Shown here: positions 26,971 through 41,943 of the stretch, one piece after another | Layout of the letters: each line of letters opens with the position of its first letter | How positions within the stretch are numbered: the stretch's first letter is position 1 | NCBI GenBank assembly: GCA_964016885.1 | Contig: OZ024745.1 | Coordinates: 91,450,001-91,514,000, forward strand | Origin: Eledone cirrhosa | Taxonomy: Eukaryota | Length of the DNA stretch: 64,000 nt | Reading direction: 5' to 3' | Notes under the pieces: model-generated | What the model was told of the DNA's origin: nothing | The model's database searches: none | Seen by the model: only the letters and a program-made list of their open reading frames with translations | Program-made: the position numbers and the translations under genes

Positions 26971-29900
26971 TTTAAAATAACATATCTCAGTTCAGAATAA
27001 ATTTTACTAATTGAAATAATAACCATTAAAATCTACACATTTTTGTCAACAAGACGCAAGCTTATTTATCCCAGTAACATAGAATTCTGAAGTTCTGAAT
27101 GCAATGAATTCTTCAAAATCATTTTTTCTGGCAGTTTGGTTGTTGAAGACCACCCCCACCCAAATTGCTGGCCTTGTGTCAAAATTAGGAACAATTATTG
27201 GCAGTAAATTGGCAGATTCATTACAACATCAGGCTAAACACCTTTGTGTTATTTGTTACAGCTCTTTATGTCTTTATGTTAAAAAAGTAACATATAAAAA
27301 AAAAACCTAGCAATATTTAGTTCATGCTTTCTGTATTCTGAATTCAAAACTTACCAGGATCGAATTGGTGTGCTATCATTCATTGGTTGATAAATTAGAT
27401 ACCAGTCATACATTGAGATCTATTTGATTTATTATACTGCTCCTTATGGATTACTATTAGTTATTCTCCTCTTCATCAATCTAACAAACTCTCTACCAGC
27501 AGCAGCACCACCACCATGAACGACAGCAGATGCTGCTACTCAATTAAAAAATACACACAAGAGCCAAAGATAACTATCAAACTTGTGTGTCAGATGAGTT
27601 GAAAGAAAATATAATTATATTTGTAAGAGTAATAATAATAACAATAATAATAATGATGATGATAATGATAATAATAATTATAATTATAATAATAATAATA
27701 ATAATTGTATTACATCAGCTTTCTCTGCTAGCAACGGTTGGACTGTGGAACAACTAATCAAATATTTCTGCAGAAGGTTCTATTTATTTCAAACATAATA
27801 GCTGTTTACTGAATGATATGAAAATTAATATAACTCCTTTTCTGATTTCTCAAGCTTCTATCTCTTTCTATTTACACATACACAATATTTATGATATATG
27901 TATTCATTACATATTGATGTATTAAATGAAAATTCTTTTATTATATATCAGATGGAGCAGGTGATTAAATTTAAAATTACTTCCCATGTTTTACTTTAAA
28001 CATTTATGCAACAAAGATGTTTGATAAGAATAAAAAAAATTTAAAAAAAACCACCACCATCATTGGTTTATTGATAATTATCAATTAATCCTTATTTAGC
28101 TGTTTGGTAATCTGCCAGTTAACAATGACCTTGGCAAGCAGTTGAATTGATCTGGTAATGAAGGATGTAAATTATTTGAAATCCTCAGCTATCTGTCTCA
28201 ACGTTTAACTGTTGATATATTCTAAAATGGAATGAAATTGATCTGACAAATTTAATTGGTGAATTTAATGCAAATGAAATGCAAAGTAGCTTTGAACTAT
28301 TTCTTATTACTGCATCTTTAAAGGTATATATACATATTTATGAATATAGCTAGTCGGAACTCTCTCTTCCATGGAGGCTAATTCTCATTGAAGACATAAC
28401 TCTTGTCACGTACGTAATGTTTACTAACATTACGTAGTTTCTGTGCACGGTAGTTCCATTTGAATTATCGTTAGCAGATGGAGTCGCAGAAACTAATGAA
28501 TTGGTCCGGGACCTGAAAATCAAATTTTCCACCCATACAAAATTGTTTTTCTCACTAATTAATATATAAATGTCCATTCTAATTTTCTTGGGTTTGTGTT
28601 TTAACAATTCGAAGAACCCCTTCAGTCAAAAATGACCATATGATTTGCACCTAGAAAGTTTCCCTCCGCGGCACAAGTCCAGACAAGGTTGTTTGAGGAA
28701 GACCAGCAGTCGCCCATTTATACCAGCTTCCCCTCTCCACCGCACCGATGTTGTCCAAGGGAAAGGCTATGGCTGATACAGCTTAGCACTAGTGATGTTG
28801 CAACTCATTTCTACAGCTGAGTAAACTGGAGCAATGTGAAATAAAGTGTCTTGCTCAAGGACACAATGCATCACCCACTCCGAGAATCAAACTCACAACC
28901 TTGCAATTGCAAACCCATTGCTCTAACCACTAAGCCATGCTTAACAATACAGACATAATTAAATGATTAAATAAGTGGGAAAACGACCGACACAGCATAG
29001 TTAATATGCAAGGGGTTGAGTATGTGTGACATCTGAATGAGTATCCTCCACCTCCAACTAACTTACCCTCTGCCTCATAATCGAAAAAAAAAAATTTGCT
29101 GACTATATGATTAAAAAGATTAAACAACTACATGATAATCATGGCGAAAGCATTGATTATTACATTTGAGTTTTGAATAAACTTAAATTATATTATTCAT
29201 TTTTATTGAAATACAATAAAAGTTGGTGAAGAAGCAGTCATTAGAGTGTCAGATTAACTGAATCTATATTTGTTCTGGCCCACTGTGATTAAGTTCAAAT
29301 CCCATCATAGACAACTTTGCTTTTTATCCTTTCAAGGTCAATAAATCCAGGGGCAGTGAATTGGTGGAATTGTTTAACCCTTTATCATTTAAAGCGGCCA
29401 GAATTCTCTCACCTCTTTCTGTTTAAACTGGCTGTAACTGGCTGCTCATACTGACGTTAAGGTATTGTCCTCAAAATAAATACCATCAAAATCTCATGGA
29501 TTCGATATTATGTGAGATAAAGCCTTTACCACAAAAATACAACAATATATATAGATTAATGTAAATGCTATAGAGTTAAAGCATAGTGGGATGCTTTGTA
29601 GGATCTGTAGTGGGTGTGTATTTTTTTATTTCAGATCATGCATGTTACTTCCAGCAGGTAGTATCAACAATGGAAAGAGTAATGGAAACAGTTTCTCTGG
29701 TTTGATCTGACAATCAGCTCTTTTCCTTTACTTTTTACTTTCCTTACAGTTAGATATGATATTTGGAGGCAACTGTTGTAGGAGGAGCTTAAAAGGGATT
29801 TTAAAAAAGTTAAAAACTAAATTGAAATGGTTCAAGTAAGACAAAAATCTAGATCACCAGCTTAATTTTCCCCAGGAAGATTCTTTTACTAAGTTAAGTA

Positions 29901-30889
29901 AATCTTTTTCTTTTGCTTGTGAAAATATACAAATATTTTCTCTTTCTTAATATCTTACGATAGTTTGATTTTCATTTATGGTAATATCTTCCTCTTTTCC
30001 AAAAATTTGAAGGTTTATGGTGAAGTTAAAACTAATAATTCTTCTTGCTTACAAATCTTGTATAATTTAGTTGGTAATTTATCTTAAGTCTTTACCGTAA
30101 GAATCTCTCTGCATGATGCTCACATGTTTCGTGTCTGGCCACACTCTCATTCACACCAGTCCTCACAGCATGTCCACACTCTGTTGTGGCATATGAACCA
30201 AGTGAGAGACCCAGCCTGCACTTCCAATGTGATGTCACTGGCCCCTCACTTCCGGCAAAGCCTCCCCTGAACTTCCAGCTTCTTAGCCTCACAGTCTTGT
30301 TGAAGTACAATTTGCATTTATTTTAACTGAATACAAGAATTTTTTCTACAACCAGCCAACCACTTACCAATTAAATAAACAATTTCCTAATAATGTTTGC
30401 ATATTTTATCTAGCAGGCAATTCTAAAACTAATCCAGGTCAAATCAAGATTAATATCATTATAATATTGTTGAAGAAGTAGAAATTGTTTTTCTTTAGTT
30501 TTCACAATATAAGTATTGTTGTCAGTTGAACTATTTAACAAATTTCATAACAGTTCTTTCTCTATCTACCATTCCAGGAAATGGAGCACTCAGTCAGATT
30601 GTGACTTTCTTTGATAAATCTAAATAACTTTGTGTATTGTCAATTTCTATGTTATTTTGTTTATATTTAGCTCTTTTGTTACCATATTTCTAATTTAAAA
30701 ACTGTCTATGATTCTCATTTAATTTTGAAAATAATCAAGAATTTTAAGTTATCTAATAAAACAACTTTCTCATTATTAAACTGGAGTTTGGAACATGACT
30801 TAACAAAGGTTCATACATAACATTATGATGGAAGGATTTTAAATAACTATAAATGCTTTAAAATAAACAGTTTTGTATCATAGTTTCAG

Positions 30890-31755
30890 GTGGTTTGAAG
30901 TCCCTAGAGGAATGCCCTTGTATTTTTGTTTGGATAAATATTGCTAAGTTGAAACCATTCAATATGGGTGTCAGACTCCACCAAGGGTGTGTACTGTCAC
31001 CTCTCCTGTTCATAATCTTCATGAACGGGATTGACATGCACAGCTGGGTTGAAAGTCGTATCAAAACTGGTGGGTGTAGGATCAGTCAACTGGAATTTTT
31101 AGACAACATGGTACTACTTAACTTGTCTGAAGGTGATCTCCAACATGCACTAGATAGGTTTGGTACCAAGTGTTGCATGGCAAGAATGAAAACCAGTGAT
31201 GCAAAGACTGAGACACTCATCTTCTTAAGAAAGCCAGCTTCAGCACTTGATCATCAGAAAAAGGGAGCTAGGTGTAAAAGCCAAACTTGCTATCTTCAAA
31301 TTGGGCTTTGTGCCTACCCTTACCTATTATCATGAATCTTGAGTAATGACCGAAAGAATACAATCACAAATACAAGTGGCTAGAATAGAGTTCTTCCAAA
31401 GGGTTTTCGGAGTAACATTACTCAGCAGGCTGCATAGCTCGGAGATGAGAGAATTTCACCAAATAGAGTTACTTATCCAAATTGAAAGATCACAGGTCCC
31501 TTATTAAGACATGTAGTTAGAATGTCTAAGGAAAGAATCACTGAACAAATATTATGGGCAAAACCAAGCAGCAGGAGACCAGGAGGTAGACCATGCACAA
31601 GATAATTGGATAACAGCCATGAACTTGGTTGATCTCACTTGGGGATCCAGCATGATCATTTGAAGACAGTTGTTTCTGATAGGACCCTCTGGAAGGCATA
31701 TCTGTGGACTCTGCCCCTACAACCCTCCCAGGAATAAGTAAATGAAGAAGAACAA
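30890..31755 (+). mobile_element. Degenerate RTE LINE fragment including RT core
   Basis: GVRLHQGCVLSPLLFIIFM...FLDNMVLL...LQHALDRF. Confidence 0.85.
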
Positions 31756-34700
31756 GAAAGACACCAACTCAAAGGTGTACATGAAATATCATTTTTGTCT
31801 GATTTACTCACATTTTCTCCTCAAAAAACCTTTAAATTCCATCATCATAGGAAAGATTTTTCTCTTAAGAAGGTCTATATTTTGTTTACTGTAAAAATAT
31901 ATTCCAACATCTTGTTAGTTTGCCACATTCAATACATTTTGAAAAGATCAAGAGTGAGCTTAACAAAACAGAAATGAATTAGGAAAAGAATCAAAATCCA
32001 TTTTAGATGTATTGGAAATGGCAGATTGACAAAACACTGAAATATATTTACATAAATATGCACCATCTGAACCAGTTTGTGGCACTGGAAATATTGGGAG
32101 GAGAAATGTATAGAAAATTGCTATGTTGCAAACTTGTTGAACTCAATACTAACATAGAAAACAGATATAAAATGATGAATGAGAATACATATATTTTCTG
32201 TAGCTAATTCTTTCATTAATTTATGTAGCATGCTTTGTTCTTATATCAAAAGAATAAATCAAGATTATATGTAATTTTAGCAATTCTATGTTTTTATTAT
32301 TTTTAGTTTGCATATAATGCTTACTCACTGGTCACTAACTTGTTGCTGGTATAGCATGTTTCATTCATCAAGAAACTTTATAAAAGTCTTCATCTTGAAT
32401 GTAATAGCAATAACATTAAAAACATCTCATCAGAGATAACTTCAAATACTTTTAGCTTTTCCTAAACTGTGAAGTTGCCAGTATCCAAAATATTGTTTAC
32501 TGAAAAATTGTATATCGCTAAGTTGAACCCTTTAGTATTTAAACTGGTTGTATCCAGTCAGAATTCTCCACCTCTTTCTGTTCAAACCAGCTGAAACCAG
32601 CTGCTCATACTTATGTTAAGGTATTGTTCTCAAAATAAATATCAAAATCTTATAGATTCCAAATTATGTGAGATAATTACCACAAAAATACAATAGTGAA
32701 TATAGAGTAATGTAAATGCTAAAGGGTTAAATTTATTTGTCTTTTATTTATTGGTCTTGTCAGTAACGACATCTCTTACACTAGTGGAAACATAAAATAT
32801 ACTGCATTCTTACTGTAAAATGGTTGATAATAGAAAGGTAAACCAGCGGTAAAAACCATGGCATTGATAACAACACACACAACAGTTGGGGGATGTTGTG
32901 TGTGTACCAAGTGATGAAGGACTGCAGGTACATGACGGTGATTGACTGCAGGTGCATGACTGTGATGAAGGACTGCAGGTGTATGACAAAACATTGTAAT
33001 ATGTCTAACCCATGGTACATACATCATCATCGTCATCATCATTTTGATGTTGGATGAGTCTGCATAGACTAAGTCAGTACTGAAGCAGAGCCACTGATCT
33101 CCCAGGAATGCTAGGGACCTGTGCACTTATGTAAGGTCTGATATTCCACTGAGTGCACAGGAGAGTTTCCCATATCTTTGACAACTAAGTCTTCCCAACC
33201 CTTTGTTTGGCAAGATTTCTACAGATTGGTGCCCTTCCTATCACCAACCACTTTACAGCATATACTGGGTGCGTTTATCATGTACTTCACCAACACTAGG
33301 GAGGTTGTCATGTCCTTGACATGACTGAGGAGTTCTCATATATATAAAGCCAAGCACCTTCCACATATAATATCAGACGCCACCCTCTTACTTCAAGGCC
33401 ACCCTATGAACTTATGCTTCGAGTACCTCTCTTATGAATGATTCCCCAGTGAGGCCAAGGGTACAGAAAACACTTTAATGTTGTAATGAGGTAGTGCTGA
33501 TGCCATGATAAAATAAACCCAATCCATTCTGTAAAGTGATAGTGCTGGTACCACGATAAAAAGTACCCAGTCCATCATGTAAGGTGGTGGTGGTAATGCC
33601 AGTACATGTAAAGTTGTTGGTACCCAACTGTAGAAACCAAACCAAGCACAGAGCATGTGAGCAAGATGTTGTCATCTTACCAGTCAGAGTATGTGATAAT
33701 CTGTCTAAACCATGCATGAAAAATAGCCATTAAAATAGCCACTTAAAACCATAGATAACACTATTTGTTGTTTAAATAAATATATGTAGGAGTAGTAGTA
33801 GCAATAGTAGTAGTAGCAGCAGCAGCAGTAGCAGTAGTAGTAGTAGCAGCAGCAGCAGTAGTAGTAGTGCTGGTGGCGAGTGAAGTAGTTGTAGCAACAG
33901 TAGTGCTGGTGGCAAGTGTAGTAGTAGTAGTAGTGTTGGTGATGGTGAGTGTATAGTGCTGTCAACAGCTGTAGTTTGTGAAAAGATTAACTCACTGACA
34001 AATATCCAGTGTTATAACCACTGAAAACTAGTGTCAGCCTTTATGAACTGTAAAAGAGTGAATTTATTGAAGAAGTTTATAGTTAAATAGATATGACACA
34101 AAAACAAACAACTGGAGAAGTGTTTGTTACATATGTATATGTTAGTATTTTTAAAAAAACACCATCAGAGAATCACTCCAGGTAAAGCCGCTACTTCTCC
34201 AAATTGAGAGATCACAGCTCCGATACTATAGGCATGTGGTTAGAATGTCTGAGGAAAGAATCGGACAGATTTTGCAGAAAAAAAAAACAATCAGGAGTAG
34301 ACCTCGAGCAAGATGGTGGAATAGTATCCATGAGCTTGGCTGGTCTTGTTTGGGGATCCAGCCGGATCAGTTGGAGATTGTTACTCTTGACAGGACCTGC
34401 TGGAAGGAGTGTTTGAGGACTCTGCCACCACAACCCTCTCAGGAATAAGTGGGTGAAAAAGAACATTTTGTTGTGATAACTTTTTAATTTAGCAGCAGTT
34501 ACTGTTGAGACCTTGGGCGTCCTTGGACCCCAGACAGCTGATCCTCCGTAAAATTGGATCAATTGCAACCCATCTGAGGAAGGAGCCCCACGAGGTGGGG
34601 TGGCTGTTGCACTGTGTGTCACTGGCCATTGTATGCAGAAATGTATTTGCTATTTTGTCTACAGTGATGCAGCCAAAACACTACTCTCACCTACTCTTTC

Positions 34701-36835
34701 CCTCCTATTCTTCTCAGTTATGGCATTTATAGTCCTTTCCAATACTGCTTTCTTTTGTTGTATGTTTAACCAAATAAAATACACTATGATTTACAAATAA
34801 CTTTTAAAATAAAATTTTCTAATTTTATTATCTTGGTTTCGAAAAGCACACTGTCCACATTGTAAGGTGGTAGTGCTGGTGTTATGACAAAGGTCGCCTG
34901 GTCCACATATCCATAGTACCATAGCTGTGATCTCTTGATGCAAAGAAGTTAAGACTCCCTGATCTCTAAGTTATGCACCCTATCGAGTAATGTTACTCAT
35001 TTCAAAGAAAGAAAAGAAATTTCTTCAAATGTTTCTGTTGTTGTTAACCTCCTGACTCTGATCCCTTGTTAAATTAATACATCTTCAATGAGTCATTGTT
35101 TTTATGCCACCACTGTTCCCTAGCAGTCTTTATTTGACATAGTGTTCAGGCAGCTACCTATATATGTATGTTTGTTAGTATTCTGTGATATAAGTAACTA
35201 CAATATGTACAGACAAATAATAGTTGTTATGATATTATTGAAGATGTTTTTAAGGTCAAACTTAACTTGTTCCTACAAAATTTCTCTGTTCTATTGAAAT
35301 TGTTCCCATGAATACTACACTGAAGTTATTGTAGTTGTCTTCTTGTATTTCCTCTCTGAAACAGGTTTAACATTGTTTCATTCAGAAATATTAGAAGTAT
35401 TTATTGCAACATTTCAAAAATTTGTATAAATTTGACCTTAAAATAGGTTTTGTAACTGAGTAAATATATTAAAGTTGTTATTACTTCTCATTTCTTTTAG
35501 GTCAATAAAAGAGTGAATGGAAATAAAATCATAAGCAAAACTGTTGTGATATTGACTAAGAAAAAAATGTCACCTTTCATTTGAATTCTATAAATAATTG
35601 GCAAAGTGATTAAGCAAATGACATTATAAATTGCTTATTAATCCTTTTGCATTTACATTACTCTATATTTGCTATTGTATTTTTGTGATAAAGGCTTTAT
35701 CTTACATAAATTACCTCACATAATATCGAATCTATGAAATTTTGATGTTATTTATTTTGAGAACAATACCTTAACATTGGTATGAGTGGTCAGTTTGAAT
35801 AGAAAGAGGTGAGAAAATTCTGGCCGGATATGGCCAGTTTAAATGCTAAAGCGTTAATTGATAGTACATGAATTGTATGCTATAACAATACAATTTATAT
35901 AAAAGTTTAACACCAAATAATTTATTAGTTATCATCTTCGATTATTTCAATGACTTCCTAACTCCTTCCATGTTGATATCCTTAGCAAATGGTTGGCATC
36001 TTTGACTGACTGCCCCCCACCCCATATTGAACTGTTACCCATCTACCACAGTCTTTGTCACCAAAATTTATGGTATTTGAAGTCAGCTTATTGACCGGGA
36101 CTCTGCCAGTTATATTCTGAAAACCCTTCAAATATATATGTTTAATTTCTCCCCACACAACCAAATTTTGTAACTCCTGAGTGGATCAAATGCAGTTGTA
36201 AAATTGGAGACCATAATCATCTTTACAAAATGAACTTCCTAACCACACAACTATGCCTGTATTTAATATATCAGTGATACAGTAGCCATTTTATTATTAT
36301 TATTATTATTTTTTTTAATCCTTTCTTCATCACACAGATTTTGTCAACAGTTTCATATTATTTGTAAAAAAAAGACATTGTTTTTATAGTTTGTGTTTTG
36401 TGTGACATATGATGGCTTAATGGAAGAGATTATTTTAAATGTTAGATTACTGGTCTCTGCCAGGAAAGCTTGTAAATCATATATTCAAAGGGAAATCAGT
36501 GTGAAAGTGAGAGGGGTGCTGGTGGTAAAAATATATAAGGGAAAGAGTTATGTATTTAAAGTGCAGCATTAGTTAACCACATTGGCAGTGTATATAGATA
36601 TGATATATTATACAATGTTTCTTACTCATGTATGGAAAATCCTTTGAGGGAAAGTTGCAGTTGTCCATAAAATGAAGCAATGTATTTACAAAGGTTTCTA
36701 ACTTCTAAGTGAAATAGATTTATTTGTATTTCATCAACAACATTGTTAGTTTGTCTACTTTTCCTTATTCATTGTGTTTTTGTTTTGTTTCATTTTTTTC
36801 ATACTTATGAATTGGATTTGTTTGCTGTAAAAAAA

Positions 36836-37080
36836 TTCCCATTTCCCTTGTTCCAATACATCATCTTATTTGTTTGGCCAAACATCCCTAAATCTGTTCC
36901 ATTTCCCTTGTTCCAATACATCATCTTATTTGTTTGGCCAAACATCCCTAAATCTGTTCCATTTCCCTTGTTTCAATACATCATCTTATTTGTTTGGCCA
37001 AACATCCCTAAATCTGTTCCCTTTCCCTTGTTCCAATACATGATCTTATTTATTTGGCACAACATCCCTAAATCTGGCTT
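36836..37080. repeat. 60-bp minisatellite, ~4 copies
   Basis: ttccatttcccttgttccaatacatcatcttatttgtttggccaaacatccctaaatctg repeated. Confidence 0.95.
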
Positions 37081-40000
37081 CATACTTTCTACTAATATAT
37101 ATCTACTAAGTGTACCATCTATTTGTATGACCCAACATCCCTAAGTCTAGCTTTATACTTTCTACTAATAATCTTCTACCAAGTGTATCATTTATTGTCA
37201 GCAAACAACATTTTTAACTTCCAGTAGGTGTTGCCCATTTGCCTATGTCCATAATATTGCAGCTGTTTACAGCCTTAATTAAGGAATTCAGTTCACAACA
37301 AAAGTTTTCTTAGATCTCTCATCTCATCTCTTTCTATCATCTCCTCTCACTCTTCTCTCTCTCATCTCTCTCACTCATCTCCTCTCCTTTCACTCTCCTC
37401 TTTCTCTCTCTCCACATATGTATGCTTGTAGTGATAAGAGCACTAACATTTTGTGTTAATAATGGTCTAATCCACTAACAGTATTCATTCTTATACAGAT
37501 GATACACCCTTCATTGGTCCCTAACCTTTCACACCCAACTATCACTACATGTAACCATGACACTTTATACCAATGCTGCACTGATTTCATGAATAAGGAC
37601 ATTAAATGCTAATTTTGTCTCCTTCAACAACAAAATTGAACTTTCACTCCATCTAAACATGTAGAACTATCATAATTGCTTTAAACAATAGGCCTCATCA
37701 TCACTGAAGATCTCTCCAGGTGAATGCACATCATCAGCATAACAATGACTACATTTCAAAATTCGTCTTCTTCTTCAGAGTCGGAAAATACTTCAGACTC
37801 CCACATCCTCTGCCCTAACAACTGCTAACCTGCTACAAAGCTCAGGTGAAGCACACAGTAGAGTACAGTTCTCATTCTGATACACACAGACATCTTAGAC
37901 TGAATCCAAAGAAAGGTCAATCACCTGATTGTCATGAAAGCTTCTCACAAACACACTCTAGCCTCTGGCCCATTACTACAGTGGCCTCTGCTTCTCAGAG
38001 TTAGCTGACTGACTGGCTGTCTTCTACCACTTCTACTCAGGCACATCCAATTCACTCTTATCTCCTCTTCTTGTTACCCTTATCATGTGTACCCCACTAG
38101 ATCTCAACTAACCATTTAATCCCCCCCACCCCTCCTACTTTCCACCAGAACATCATCCTTCTAGAATTATTTTCCCTGCATATGTTTTTCTTGCTGCCTT
38201 CAACGTTCAACAGTTCAAGCAGATTGCTAACAGCATCAATCTCAGCAATCTTGGAAGACCTGAAAACCCCAAAAAGGTTTTGAGCGCAACAGTCTCCTCT
38301 AAACCAAACCAATAGAAATAACTGAAATTGATTGATTTGGTCTTTTAATTCTAGGCTGATAAAAACAAAAACAAAAACTTCACTTTCAGAAGTTTAAAAA
38401 AAATTGAATAAAGATACCTGAATGAAATTCATCACATGTTTATTAAAAGAAAAATATAATAGTATGGTGGAAGATGATGAGAATAGAATGTGTTGTTATT
38501 TTTGTTGTTTAAGCAACCTATAGCACAGAAATATCTAGTCTGATGATTTTGATTTTCTGCCAAATTTTTCAACTATAGAAATTCAATGAGAATCTCAGCC
38601 AAAAAAATGAATTCTTTTCTACATGAAAGAAAAGGTTTTCTTTGGCAATAGGTTCGTCTCTTCCTCTCTAAGAGTATAGAACCATTGCCATTATCATCCT
38701 TGTATTTATTATGTCTACTTTCTGATGGGTTGAATAGGTCTTCAATACAACATCCGTTTTTTGTTGTGTTTTTTTTTTTTCCTTTTAATGTGATATCATT
38801 TTAAATATGGAACCTTTTCTTTGACCTACAAATTTGAGATACATTCTATTACCAACTGACATCACTGTTTTCTTCTTCTTCTTCCTCCTGATAGGGTCAT
38901 GGGGGAAGAGTCCTCAAACACTCCTTACAGTAGGTCCTGTCAGAACCAACTGTCTCTAACTGATCTGGCTGGATCCCCAAGCGTGACCAGCCAAGCTCAT
39001 TGATGTTATCCAACCATCTTATTCGGGGTCTAACCCTGCATCTCCTACTTGTTGGTTTTGCCCGTAAAATCTGTCCAAAGGGTCCTCTCTAAAGCAAGCG
39101 TCGCCATATGATCTAGCTGAATCCCCATAGATGTTATCCAACTATCCTGCTCATGGTTTACCACTGGGTCTCCTGCTGGTTGGCTTTACTCATATGTCCA
39201 GTAATTCTTTCCTTTGACATTGTAACCACATCCATAACTATTTGCTGGTTATTATGTTTCATGAAGGTATATATACACACACATATGCAATGGTCTTTGT
39301 TACAGTTTCCACTTACCAGATTCACTCCCTAGGCATTGTTTAGTCCAAAGAAAACAGTGAAGGTGCTACACAGCAGGATGGAACTCAAAGCCATCTGGTT
39401 GTAAAGTTAACTTTGAAGTTCATGACTTTTCCAAGAGTGGTTCTCCTTTTTATTAATTGACATCATGAAGATTTTTAGTCTTAAACTTCAAACTCACTCT
39501 CGGACTTGGTCCTTCCAATTTGACATTTTTACCCATCTTCTCATTGTTCAATTATTTTAATGCATGTGGTCATGTATTGTTTTTACTTGTATCCATAACT
39601 TCTATATCAAGTCTGCATCTCTTTTATACTCCAGTTTATTATTCCAAATAGGCGGCCAATATTTTTGTCATTTACCAAAAACTGGTACTTTATTTTCTTC
39701 TTGTAATTCTGTTGATGATAGAATTAATTTTTGTTATTCATAAATATTTTGTTTTGTTTATCATACTTTGCCTACAGAAAATATATATTTCTCCAACCCT
39801 TGCCTTCATTCTTTGCTTTATTTATTCTAATACATTCTACAACCCCCCTCCTCCACTTTTTAAAAAATGTTTTATAAGATACAAGGTTCAAGTTATGTTA
39901 ATATTGAATTTTTCTCTCTCAGTTTCATGCATATAATGTCTACTATAATTTCATGTTGAAAATCTCAGTAGTTAATTCAATCATATTTGATTCATGAAGT

Positions 40001-40619
40001 TATTTTTAGTCCTAAACATATAATTGAGGTGATGCACCATGCTATGTAAGACATAAATGTATATAATATGTAATATTTATATATGGAGTTTAAGCTATTC
40101 TGCAATATTGAATAACTGACCAATTATTTTGTACAGATAAAAATAGTACATTTTTAAAAGAAAATTCACAGAAAAAAATAGATTTAAATACCTAATTTGA
40201 GAAAGAGAGATTGGCAGATGGGCTCTTTGGTAATTGGTAATGTGGTCGCCCGGCATGCAAAAGATATATGGTTAAACTTAGTCAGTAAGCCTATTGCCAT
40301 TTTTTAAAATAAAGGTTTGTTTTTAATATTCTGTTGGGAATTGTAGGAAACTGACTCAGATCTTTTCCATTCTTTTATATATTTTTTCATCATCTTTTCC
40401 ATCACAATTTTGTCCTTTTTTATTTGTGTTTTAAATTCAACACTTTATATTTTTGTGATTATATAGCAGATTATTAGTATCATTAATATCAGTAGCTTGT
40501 ATTTATTTTTTTTTTTTCAAGATATTAATAAATTTTCATGCTGCCAAGAATGTTTTGTCTCACTGGAAATCAAGCAGAATTGTAATTATATGTATTGCAA
40601 CCATATCTAAAAGTCTAAG

Positions 40620-40895
40620 TCTATCTCAAGCCCATCAAGTCGGTGCTTATCCCGGTTTCCATAGCATGATGTGACTGAGAGTACAAGACTCTTCCCTGGA
40701 CAGGACGCCAGTTCATCACAGGGTTAAATCCCCAGCTATTGTTGGTACTCATTTTTTTTCAGCTGAGTATACTGGAGCAATATGAAATGAAGTGTTTTGC
40801 TCAAGAACACAACACACAACCCTGCCCAGGAATCTAACTCATGACATTACGATCATAAGTCCAACACCCTGACCAGTAGGCCACGCACCTCCACA
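40620..40895 (-). mobile_element. tRNA-derived SINE (third family); + copy at 44215-44500
   Basis: gtggaggtgcgtggcctactggtcagggtgttgg head on the minus strand. Confidence 0.75.
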
Positions 40896-41149
40896 TTGCA
40901 ATCATGATCATCCCATTATTTTTTTCAGGTATAGTGTATCTAGTGTATCTCTGATTACATTATTCAATGTGTCCTGCCCCTTTTTTTTAAAGATTTCATG
41001 GTGTGATTTGAGGGACATTTGGTTGCTATTTCTAGGATGTTAACCCCTTTTATACTATATTTCTAATGAAGACGGTTGCTTCTGATAGGACTCTGCCCCC
41101 CCCCCCCCCTCCCCCCATGACCCTCTCAGGAATAAGTGGGTTAAGAAGA

Positions 41150-41735
41150 AGAGTTACAGCCCTTTACGTTCTGAGTTCAAATCCCGCCGAGGTTAACTTT
41201 GCTTTTCATCCTTACGAGGTCAATAAAATAAAGTACCAGTAATGTACTGGGGTCGATTTAATCGACTTTCCCCTCCTCCAAAATTGCTGGCCTTGTGCCT
41301 ATATAAGAAACCATTATCATTATTATTATTATCATGATGGCGGTGAACTGGCAGTATCGGTAGAGGGTCGGACGCCATGCTTTGACGCATAGAGTTACGG
41401 CCCTTGCCATTCTGAGTTCAAATCCTGCCGAGGTTAACTTTGCCTTTCATCCTTACGGGGTCGATAAAATAAAGTACCAGTAATACACTGGGTAATTGCT
41501 GGCCTTGTGCCAAAAGTAGAAACAATTATTATCATGAAGGGCGGTGGATTGGCAGTATCTGTAGAGGGTCAGACGCCATGCTTTGACACATAGAGTTACA
41601 GCCCTTGCTATTCTGAGTTCGAATCCCGCCGAGGTTAACTTTGCCTTTCATCCTTACGGGGTCGATAAAATAATGTACCAGTAATGTACTGGGTAATTGC
41701 TGGCCTTGTGCCTAAAGTAGAAACAATTATTATTG
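41150..41735 (+). mobile_element. Tandem trimer of a tRNA-derived SINE directly upstream of PSTK coding exon 1
   Basis: Three units with gagttcaaatccc B box, gcctttcatccttacggggtcgataaa core and (att)n tail. Confidence 0.85.
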
Positions 41736-41760
41736 TTATTCCAGATGTTAAGCCATAAAT

Positions 41761-41943
41761 ATGGACACTTGCTTCCTAATTCTTTGTGGACTGCCTGCCT
41801 GTGGTAAAACAACTTTGGCTAAAAGACTGAAAACATCACCAGAAATAAATAACCTTTATCATGTTGTTCATCTTTCCTATGATGACATGATGCCAGACAA
41901 TATTGCTGCAACTTTGACAGAAAAGCCTAAATCAGTGCAACAG
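41761..41943 (+). CDS. PSTK: PSTK (L-seryl-tRNA(Sec) kinase) coding exon 1, P-loop
   Basis: MDTCFLILCGLPACGKTT Walker A, then HVVHLSYDD; acceptor ttccag ends 41744; donor CAG|gtaaat, phase 0. Confidence 0.93.
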
